From positions 248,001 to 312,000 of the forward strand of contig OX597831.1 of assembly GCA_951406725.2 (NCBI GenBank): a DNA stretch of 64,000 nucleotides, given 5' to 3'. The stretch's first letter is position 1, and the number at the start of each line of letters is the position of its first letter. Below are positions 1 to 10,827 of this stretch, one piece after another. The notes below the pieces were generated by a model. It had not been told where the DNA came from, made no database searches, and saw only the letters and a list, made by a program, of their open reading frames with translations. A program made the translations under genes and the position numbers. Origin of the DNA: Octopus vulgaris. Taxonomy: Eukaryota.

Positions 1-114
1 CTGAATATTTTATTTATATAACAATAGAAATGGTGAATGTGTATGTATATATATATATATTCACACACAGTAATCCTTCAATTTAAATCAAGCATGAACA
101 GATGTGTGTGTGTG

Positions 115-164
<50 letters not shown>

Positions 165-231
165 TTTAAATCAAGCATGAACAGATGTGTGTGTATGTTC
201 TTGTCCATGTTGTATTTTTCTACATACCTTA

Positions 232-266
<35 letters not shown>

Positions 267-1089
267 TCTGTTCATGCTTGATTTAAATTGAAGGATTACT
301 TTCTGTAGACTGCATATTATTTTGTAAGGATAGTGTTGACAATGACTTAGAGAAGTTCCGACTGTTTTTCGACCTTCATCGGACTTGTATATCATCATCA
401 TCATCATCTATATGTATACACACACATACATATCTATATGTGGCGGGTTTTTTTTTTTAAAGTATAAAACCAAATAATATAAACAAGGACAAAAGAACTC
501 AATACATGTAGTTGAGATCGACTTATAAATGTTTTTATTACAAGTTGAGCAAAAATTTTGAAGTTTTGGCCGTAATGTGGCTTTAATTGAAGAAGTTTTT
601 CTGACTTAATTATGAGTTAACGGCTAGTATTTTCTTGAAATGTTATTAGATATCTCTTATCACACGCACATGTAGGGTACTTCCCACATGTAGTGTTGGC
701 ATTAACAATCGGTTTACGTGTTTATTCTACGCATACAGGAAACTGATCAATCACGAAAGAATTTTATCTACGGTTCCCTCTATAAAAAAAATGTGTGTGC
801 ATATTCCATGTAGTGTTTTATACGTGCATTGCATTTATGTAAGCGTGTCTATAAATATTCCATATAGTGTTTTATACATGTCTTACTTATATATATATAT
901 ATGTATATAGTGTATGTATGTGTGTGCGTGTATATATGTAAAATATTTCATATACATAATGAAGGTAGTTTGTGTGTAAAATTAATATACACAGACGTAC
1001 TTGTATATATACATATGGAATATTATTTTAATTCTTTGGATCTTGTCTTAAAATCTCCAACGCTGAGCCTCTGTTTATGTTTCTTTTAC

Positions 1090-1620
1090 ATGTTTAAACT
1101 TAGAGGCCGCTGAAACGGCGAGCCGGTTTCGATTTCAAGCCGTAAGCATTTTTACCTCACCACAGGCACTACTCTGAGAATGTCAATGAGAAGAGCATGA
1201 ACACCACCACGCAGCACTGTCCATTAATCCACCGTCGCCATCGTTCTCCAGGAATCTACCTCCATATCGATAAATCAATACATGCTACTAATGTCTAGTA
1301 AAATTCCTTGTGGCCATATATTTGAGTGCTTCACCTTTTTTCCTAAAAGTTCGGGCTCTCAAAGCCCCGAGGGTCGATACAGGGGGTGGTGGTGAGTCAG
1401 CTAATCGATTATTCTTTCCTCGTAATCTCTTTCCCTTCTTTTCTACTTCTCAACATTCCCTATTTGGAGTAAAGAGGGAAGAGTTATTATCGATTATCGT
1501 CTCACTTCTTTCTTTCTTTCTTTTTTTCGGTTCTCATGGAAAATTATAGCTCATCCGACACGTTCCTATTCCACAAGATTAGACTGGCGCTTGCGTGTGC
1601 TGCGGTGTATTTGTATACGT
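1090..1620. promoter_or_regulatory. CpG-rich candidate promoter region (possibly bidirectional)
   Basis: Non-repeat CpG-rich stretch with a perfect DRE-like TATCGATA at 1265-1272, a YY1-like CGCCAT near 1236 and a minus-strand donor-like GAG|GTAAAA near 1155. Confidence 0.3.
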
Positions 1621-2592
1621 GTGTCTATAATGTATATAATGTGTATGTATGTGTGTGTGTGTGTGTATATATATATATTAACAGAGATAAGCATAGATGG
1701 TAGGAAGATGGAAAGATAAGCACGTCCATATGTATGTATGTATGTATGTATGTATATGGACGTGAGCTAAACTAGATAGCTACTCTAGCAGAGATCGATG
1801 GATTAACAAACTGGCAGTTATACATTTGTTTGCATGCATATATATATATATATATATTATATATTATATATTATATATGTGCAATCAATATAGTTAGATA
1901 TAACATATTATGCTGAAAATTTTAATGTTACTACAGGATTGAAAAAGATTAAAAACCAATAGAATTTGTCGCGTGAGCAGAAAGCTACATATATATATAT
2001 ACACACTAATATAACAAGCAAATGATTTACTTGTGAACTAATAGACTGCTATTACAGTCAGATTGTCATGCAACTCTCTTCAGCAGATCAATACATTGAT
2101 ACTGATCAAATGAACCGCTACTTGGGTGTTTCATAAGATTATTTTTGACTGAATGAAATTTGAGTCGACTAAGCTTGAAGGGGGACTTTGTTACGCAGGA
2201 ATAAGTTTCTTCGTATAGATACACACACGCATATTGAAACTTTGATAGTTGGAGGAATTTGGCTGCTATTTCTAGCAGATCGTTGACACGTACATGTATG
2301 TGTATGTGTTATGGTTACTAATGACTGTATTGTTATTAATTAATAATTAGCGATTGCTATTTTTTTGTTAACTATTACACACATACACAGCCTTAATAAC
2401 AAAGCACTTCACACGTGTTTTTCAACCGTTCAGGGGCGAAAACTATGTCGTTTATTCATTTTTATTTCAAATCAACACTGCAAACATCAACACTTTTTCA
2501 GGTTTATATACCTTCAGATTTTGTGCGTGTTTGTCTTTATATATTTTATATATGCACTGAAGAAGCCTAGTTTCTGATATATATATATATAT

Positions 2593-2724
2593 ATTTATTT
2601 TATAGAAGGAGCTTCTACAGGACTAGAACTGTTTCATTCAAATGAAATCATCAGGAAGCTTCCTGATGATTTCATTTGAATGAAACAGTTCTAGTCCTGT
2701 AGAAGCTCCTTCTATAAAATAAAT
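2593..2724. repeat. Perfect 132-bp palindrome
   Basis: 66-bp arms, exact reverse complements, centred on aag|ctt (2658/2659). Confidence 0.95.
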
Positions 2725-3310
2725 TAATTTACTCTGCTATGTATTGAGTACCTTATTTACTGTGGTTAACCCCGACTCATATATATATATATATATATAT
2801 CTGTGTATTCAGATGTAATGCATGACTTCAGTAGTCTAACTGCATGATCAATTAAATATACACACTTAAAACACTTCATTTTTCGGTTTTCCTTTTTGTT
2901 TTTTGCAAGATTCTTGATATGAAATCGAAGGCTAAAAACCTGTCTTGGTAGGATCACTTTGCCAATAAAAACACACGCACTGGATCTCTTTATTATTTAG
3001 TCAACTAGGTAACTAATTAACCATTTTAATCGATTAACGGTTGCTTTCATATACATATATATATATATGCAAATTACATTGCGGAGGACAATCTTACGAA
3101 AATCTTTTGTCAACTCAGAGGGAATAAATAAGAGGCGAATATAATTGCTTTTGTGTATTTTTAGATACCTAGAACAGGTCTTCTTCCACCATGTAGTTGC
3201 ATCGGTTTTAAAATATACCGCCTCGGATCAGGTCATTTGCGGAGAAGTACGTATGTGTGTGTGTATTTACTACATATATACAATATGTATTTATATACGT
3301 GTGTGTGTGC

Positions 3311-3402
3311 TCGGTAGAAATTGTAAAGTAACTCGAGAGCCGAGAGTTTAAGTGCCATAAGCGAAACTCTCGACCCTTGAGTCACTTTGTCACTTTTGCC
3401 GA
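3311..3402. other. Imperfect 92-nt hairpin (pre-miRNA-like)
   Basis: 39-nt arms at 3311-3349 and 3364-3402 with a 14-nt loop; see findings. Confidence 0.5.
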
Positions 3403-3549
3403 TTAAAAATATATATATATATATATATATATACATACATATACACTCGTTCGTTCTACCAAACCGATGTCTATATATGTATGTATGTATGCGTGCGTAT
3501 GTATTATATATATTATATATACACGTATATAGGTTTGGTAGCATGAACA

Positions 3550-3606
<57 letters not shown>

Positions 3607-3657
3607 CACGCACACAGATATGCTAGTGTGATTTGAATGGTCCTAGCTTAAGATTCG

Positions 3658-3701
<44 letters not shown>

Positions 3702-3800
3702 GTATATAGGTTTGGTAGCATGAACAAAATATATATATATATATACATACACGCACACAGATATGCTAGTGTGATTTGAATGGTCCTAGCTTAAGATTCC

Positions 3801-3844
<44 letters not shown>

Positions 3845-4345
3845 GTATATATATATAAAATGTGCATGGTACCACCTTTTGTTATCGTTGTTCTTATGAG
3901 GAAGGCTAAACTATATTTGTCGATAATTCATTTGTAAAGTCGATCAAATAATCATATTGTATATTTTTCTACCAAGATTGATTTGTAATTAAAGGAGTTG
4001 GTGGGGATTGTCTTACTTGGAAAGGCCCCATTGCTGCTGCTAAGAAGAAGAAATATATGTACTAATATAACAGAAATAAGATACATATAAAAAGACAAAA
4101 AAAAAATGCAGTTACACTCCCGCCTTTTTAGACACCCTTTACTTACTACTGTCAGAATGTGGAGTGGTGATGGTGATAATGGCCGTTTATATTGTGTGTG
4201 TGTGTAGGTATATATATATATATATATATAATCTGTTCCCGACATAAAAGTTTACTTAGTTGATCAGGGATTATTGTACGATATGTGTGTATAGCTATGG
4301 AATATAAACATACATATCTATGCAGTATTTGAATGCGCACTCACT

Positions 4346-4346
4346 T

Positions 4347-4388
<42 letters not shown>

Positions 4389-4532
4389 TGTGTGTATATA
4401 TATATATGTGTGTGTATATATATGTGTGTGTATATATATATGTGTATATATATATATATGTGTATATATATATATATGTATATATATATATGTGTATATA
4501 TATATATATGTGTATATATATATATATATGTG

Positions 4533-4563
<31 letters not shown>

Positions 4564-4598
4564 GTGTGTATATATATATATATATGTGTGTGTATATA

Positions 4599-4629
<31 letters not shown>

Positions 4630-4692
4630 GTGTGTATATATATATATATATGTGTATATATATATATGTATGTATATATATATGTATATATA
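4346..4692. repeat. Compound (TA)n/(TG)n microsatellite
   Basis: About 350 bp of TA runs punctuated by TG; this produces the YI-rich spurious ORFs. Confidence 0.97.
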
Positions 4693-6059
4693 GGCGTGCA
4701 TAAAGTATGTTGCAATACAACTAACCGACTCTAGATTTGTGTGTTTTTGTCTTCACTTTGGCTGCTTATGTGTTGAAACACTTTAGGATATTTGGTAATT
4801 AATGTTGTACATGCTGTGTATGTGTTGTTAATGATGATTATTATCATTTATTGTGAAATAGTTTATAAGAATGATACGTGTATATGTGATGATATCCTTT
4901 TGAGATAATGTGGAATTAAATATGTTGTCTATGTGTGCGCGGTGTGTTATCTTTTTTGGGATATATAGTATTGAAATATGTTTGTGTTTGGTGTGAAGCA
5001 TCCACCATTCTGAACTAATTATAACATTAATTGATGTGTTGTATGTAAATGTGTATGTGTGTGTGTGTAAAATGGGCAATTAATATTTTATCGGTATTCT
5101 AAAGTCTTAGAGACGTGTTTGATTGATTGATTGATTTGATTGATTTGATAGTCATTTTGATATATAGCTTTAACATAAACCTATGTATATTTTTAATAGA
5201 TTCTCTGGTGTGAAATATGATAATGACTTCAGAATCAATGTATCCATAGTAGTATTGGAATAAGAAAGCTTGTTTTGACCCGTCTCAGCTCCTGTACATG
5301 GCGACAAATTTTGTGTCTCTCTCTTACACACACACACACACACACGCACACCCTGGTGCCATTTGATAAAAATTAGGATTTCAGTTTTCCTCCTCGACTC
5401 ACATTTTTTCTTCTAGGGTGTGTGTGTGGTGTGTATTTGTGTCTGTTTTTGCTAGTTGATGTGGACATTTCTAGTTTGTGGATTGGTCGCAATAAGTCAG
5501 GCATACAGGGTAGTAGCTAACATCTTAGCACCGCTGTGTTCTAACTTTTAAATTGAACATTATGTTCTAGATGAATATGTTCTTGTTCAGCTGCATTTAT
5601 TTCTAATAATAATATATGTCCTACAAGTGAGTGTGCGTTGTGTGCTTAAATTTGAGCGACAGAGGCCATCGTAGGAAGGGGTGGTGGTGGTGAACGAGTG
5701 GGCGTCTCTTCCCACCACTCAATTTACTAGAAATAACAACCAAATCTCTCTAAAATTGCATCCGACTCTCTTATGGCAAAGAAAACCTTGAATAACGTAG
5801 TTTTTTTCATATGCTGTGTCTAAAATATAGACACGATGGAATGGTCAGGGCGGGAATATCTTAGAGTAGAGGTTTGAGCGATTAGTTCTGATTTGGTGCT
5901 TGAAAGAAAGACTGCGACTTTTAAGTAATCTGATCTGTGTCGACCTTTTTAAAAAACGAGGGTTTTGTTTTGGGGGCTGGAGGGTTGTGTTCTATTTTTC
6001 TATTTTAATTCTAGTTTAAATTTGCCTGAACATAGCGGTATAATAATAATAATAATACC

Positions 6060-6415
6060 CTTAATGTGCATTTCTGACCACGAGCAGGAGTAGTGTGGGA
6101 GCATCATAGCCATGTGTTGATAGGAATTCTTTGGGTGTTTCGTTCATCATCCCTAAACAACCCTTATTCAAAGACCTTTTGTGCGGGATGGGCTACTCGA
6201 CCTAAAGGAAGTTCTAACTGGGCCCCCCACCTGCAAGGTCATGCGCTGTTTATCTTGATATGTGGTCACCATGCTGCGCACATCTGGTTGTGATGCATGT
6301 GCCTGGTGTACCTTTTTTTTATCAGACTGGTAGTTATGATGGATATATATATACTGGGTTTCGTATATTTGTAGCCCAGCGTTGCGTTGATGGCATGCAC
6401 TGCTCTCTCAATAAT
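6060..6415. repeat. Interspersed repeat, with an inverted second copy at about 62415-62760
   Basis: Shared blocks such as tgtttatcttgatatg..caccatg, atcagac..gtag and ctgggtttcgtatatttgta..ccagc. Confidence 0.7.
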
Positions 6416-7515
6416 AAATTTATTCTCTCGTAGAAATGTTTAAGTTTAAGACCAGGGTCCACATGGCAACCGGAAGTCACCTCTTGAACCTCGAATTGAA
6501 CCTATTTTGAAAAAAATGAGTGGGTGGAGGATAAGAATTGTACACAACTTCATCCCTCTCTCCACCAACCCCGTATCGAAATGCATGTATGGGATAATTG
6601 CTGATATTTGTTCTGTTCGTGGGGAGGGCCTGTTTGCTTCAGCCTTTAACTAATTAATTTACCTAGTTAAATTATCTGTATGAAATAGAATATATAATGT
6701 AAAACAGTTGGTATATATAGTATTTATCCAGCTTTAAATCAAATTAGGTGTCTTGTGATATGTTGTTCCAGCATGACCGCAGCCACATGGCTGAAAACTA
6801 ATAAAGGAACACACACACACACACACACACCATCACCACCAGCAACAACAACTGTTTGAATGATGTGATGAAAAATAGCTAAATGGTTTGAGAAGGATCT
6901 TGGATCTGTTTAACATTTACTCTTGGGTAAATTATCGTTGATTATTATTATTATTAACTCTCTTGAAAAACTATTCTTATGAAATAGTTATGTAAATAAG
7001 GCGTCCATTGTTTTTTAATGAGTGTTGTTTTTTAACCCCAGCTCAGATTTGATCAAGCAAACTGATGATTAAAGGCGTTCCAGCTGTGGCCAACTCGTGT
7101 TTTTGTTTTCAGGCATAATTTAATCCTTTTTTTTTTTTTTAGTCGGGCGTATTTTATCTAGTTTGTAATAAGAGGGAGATTTCGCTGCTATTTTTAGCAA
7201 GCCGAGTGACCATGTGGAGCTTTCCACGTTGGCTCGTGTGTATTATTTGTGTAAAGGATGTTAAATATATTTATATATGCAACGTAAGTGTTAAAACCAT
7301 CGCTGCTGTATTAAACTCTTCAGCCTGCACCTTTCATTTTCGGTGTCTTCATCTGATATAAATCTCTACGTGTCATATAACTGACATGTTATTGCAAGGA
7401 ATCCAAAACCTTCGGTATTTGGTGACATCATGACATGGTAATAAATTCTCTTTTCTATGCTCGATAAATATGTACCATTCATATTAAAGTTCTGATTCTT
7501 GGCTCTTAACATTTA

Positions 7516-7865
7516 TCTCTTTTACTTGTTTCAGTCATTTGACTGCGGCCATGCTGGAGCACCGCCTTTAGTCGAGCAAATCGACCCCGGGACTTATTCT
7601 TTGTAAGCCCAGTACTTATTCTATCGGTCTCTTTTGCCGAACCGCTAAGTGACGGGGACGTAAACACACCAGCATAGGGGGACAAACACATACACATATA
7701 TACGACAGGCTTCTTTCAGTTTCCGTCTACCAAATCCACTCACAAGGCATTGGTCGGCCCAGGGCTTTAGCAGAAGACACTTGCCCAAGATGCCACGCAG
7801 TGGGACAGAACCCGGAACCATGTGGTTGGTTAGCAAGCTACTTACCACACAGCCACTCCTGCGCC
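7516..7865 (-). mobile_element. tRNA-derived CORE-like SINE family A
   Basis: Minus strand has head ggcgcaggagtggctgtgtggtaag (A box), B-box-like gggttctgtccc, core-like cttgggcaagtg and tail gactgaaacaagtaaaagag. Confidence 0.88.
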
Positions 7866-8884
7866 TTTATTTAAATACAACAATGTATTATTAATAAAGT
7901 TTTTTTAAAAATGTTGCTGTTTAACCCTTAGTCTGACCTGATTCGGCGATAGTTTTATGATCAAAGTTGCTCTGTTCTCGACTACCCGACCCATCATACC
8001 TTCAGATATAGCATATAAGCCCCTCTACATGGTTGCTTGATTTGTTGGGTATAGCAACCAAATCTTACTTAAAATCATAGAACATTGGATAATTTTGGTC
8101 CTGGATGTACTACTTGGCAAAAAAAGACAAAATGGTCATAGGACTAATGCTTCTGATTGTTGACCAAGGGTTAAACAGCAACAACATCTTAAAAAGCTGG
8201 GACGTTAGCTTTATAGACATCAGGAGTGTCATAGTCCTCTAATTTCATTGATGTTGTTTAGCCTTGTGTTAAACCTGGCAGGACCAAAACTATCATCCCA
8301 GTTATGATAATCTCCCACTTCTTATTCAGACAGTATCATGGACACACACGATCCAATGTGCCCATCCTCTTTTTAGATGGCTTGCGTTTGTTTGGAGGGA
8401 GATTTGGCTTGCTATTTCGAGCAAGTTGGGAAACTGCTGCAGAGTGGTCATGGACGAACTGCAGCCTGCGGGACTTCCTGAATGGCATGTCTAACAAAAA
8501 ATTAACTTGAATTTTTTGATCATTTCAAAATTAATTCGAAAACAAGACAGTGTGTAGTTCATTAAAAGATATGATTGCATAGTGGTTAAATTTTGTGTAT
8601 TGAGTTTGATATAGCTGACTCCCCTTCATACACACATAAACACACAGGGTTGATCATCCCAATGATGTATATATATACACCATTAAACCAAATGTTTCAT
8701 TCTGTATGCACTGGTATCATTATTATTTTTGTCTTCTATTCAGTACTGACATGGGGTTTGGACACTTCGTTTTGAGGTGATTTTCCCAGCCGGTTCTCTT
8801 CCTGGTGCCAAACCATTTAACACTTTTTGATGCCAATGTGCCTGAGACTGCTTCTGATTCTATGACACAAACTTCCTGTTTTAA

Positions 8885-9104
8885 CCCTTTCGTTACCAAC
8901 CCGGCTGAAACCGGCTCTGGCTCTGAGTACAAATGTCTTGTTTTCATAAGTTTTGAATTAAAATCTTCCACCAAACCTCAGACACAATTTATGTTCCTAA
9001 CACTAGCTGAATGATGACTAAGTTATTTTACTAAATTCTTTGTTATATATAAAGTAATTGAAAGAAACACAGATCATCTCAAAATAAATACAGTAATGAA
9101 AGGG
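8885..9104 (+). mobile_element. piggyBac-type MITE family 1, nested in an older related MITE (about 8817-9268)
   Basis: TTAA TSDs (8881-8884, 9105-9108) and CCCTTTCGTTAC / GTAATGAAAGGG TIRs. Confidence 0.88.
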
Positions 9105-9393
9105 TTAAAGTGATCTAAATTAAAACCATATATCAAATTTCATGTTAATTTGTGTTCCAAACACTAGCTTAATTAATAGTGACAAAGTTATTTTACTAAA
9201 TTCTTCATTTTCTAAATTATTGAAAAGGAAGTGTATTTCAACAGAAGTTATGGTAGCAAAAGTGTTAATCACCCCTTAACCTTTTTGATACCATATTTCT
9301 GTTGAAGCAATGGCAATTGTTTCATTTCATTTTGAAAATATTGAAGAATTAAGTAAAATAACTGTCATTATTACTCTCTCTCTCTCTCTCTCT

Positions 9394-9807
9394 CTCTTTT
9401 ACTCTTTTACTTGTTTCAGTCATTTGACTGCGGCCATGTTGGAGCACCGCCTTTAGTCAAGCAAATCGACCCCGGGACTTATTCTTTGTAAGCCCAGTAC
9501 TTATTCTATCGGTCTCTTTTGCCGAACCGCTAAGTGACGGGGACGCAAACACACCAGCATCGGTTGTCAAGCAATGCTAGGGGTGACAAACACAGACACA
9601 CAAACATATACACACACACTTATATATATATATACATATATATACGACAGGCTTCTTTCAGTTTCCGTCTACCAAATCCACTCACAAGGCATTGGTCGGC
9701 CCGGGGCTATAGCAGAAGACACTTGCCCAAGATGCCACGCAGTGGGACAGAACCCGGAACCATGTGGTTGATTAGCAAGCTACTTACCACACAGCCACTC
9801 CTGCGCC
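9394..9807 (-). mobile_element. SINE family A, full length
   Basis: Near-identical to the 7516, 15922 and 53019 copies, with an internal (TA)/(CA) microsatellite. Confidence 0.9.
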
Positions 9808-9827
9808 TATTGAGTTGGTATTTGGAA

Positions 9828-10120
9828 CATCATCATCATTGTTTAACGTCCGCTTTCCATGCTAGCATGGGTTGGACAATTTGACTGAGGTCTGGCGAAC
9901 CAGATGACTGCACCAGGCTCCAATCTGATCTGGCAGAGTTTCTACAGCTGGATGCTCTTCCTAACGTCAAACACTCTGAGAGTGTAGTGGGTGCTTTTAC
10001 GTGCCACCAGCACAAGGGCCAGTCAGGCGGTACTGGCAACGGCCACGCTCAAATGGTGCTTTTTATGTGCCACCTACACAGGAGCCAGTCCAGCGGCACT
10101 GGCAACGACCTCGCTCGAAT
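9828..10120 (-). mobile_element. 3' tail fragment of the RTE-type LINE
   Basis: (CAT)n followed by gtttaacgtccgctttccatgctagcatgggttggac, as at 29929-30250. Confidence 0.85.
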
Positions 10121-10536
10121 GTTTTTTTCGACATAAATTAATATGAAATTGAATTTCTGTCATAGAATGAAGTGCGGTTTCATGTAAGTTGATATCAAGA
10201 GGGTTAAACTGCACAGATACAGTGTATATATTCTAAAAACTGGGATTCACAGTAATTGTGTGGTGTGGTTATATTAATAGAATCCTCAATTGGGAATTGA
10301 GGTAGATTTAAAACCTACTAAAACTAACCATCATACATGTGGTTTATTTACTTAAATAGGTGCAGACATGGCTGTGTAGTAAGAAGCTTGTTTCCTAACC
10401 ACAGGTCCTGGGTTCAGTCCTACTGTGTGGCACCTTGGGCAAGTGTTTTCTATTATAGTCTCAGGCCTATCAAAGCCTTGTAAGTGGATTTGGTAGACAG
10501 AAGCTGAAAGAAGCCTAGTTGTGTGTGTGTGTATAT

Positions 10537-10827
10537 ATCATCATCATCGTTTAGCGTCCGTTTTCCATGCTAGCATGGGTTGGACGGTTCTACTGGGGTG
10601 TGTGAAGCCAGAAGGCTTCATCAGGCCCAGTCAAATCTGGCAGTGTTTCTACGGCTGGATGCCCTTCCTAACGCCAACCACTCCGTGAGTGTAGTGGGTG
10701 CTTTTTACGTGTCACCCGCACAGGTGCCAGACAGTGCTGGCAAATGGCCACGAACGGATGGTGCTTTTTATGTGCCACCGGCACGAGGGCCAGGTGAGGC
10801 TGGCAACGGACACGAACGGATGGTGCT
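10537..10827 (-). mobile_element. 3' tail fragment of the RTE-type LINE
   Basis: Same tail; near-identical to 37687-37985. Confidence 0.88.

Noticed and set aside
1150-1290. Coding first exon of a divergent minus-strand gene
   Set aside because: All ATG-initiated frames stop within 15 codons and none is recognisable; kept only as a promoter candidate.
3233-4734. Many overlapping YI/HT-rich ORFs
   Set aside because: Translations of TA/CA microsatellites, which lack stop codons.
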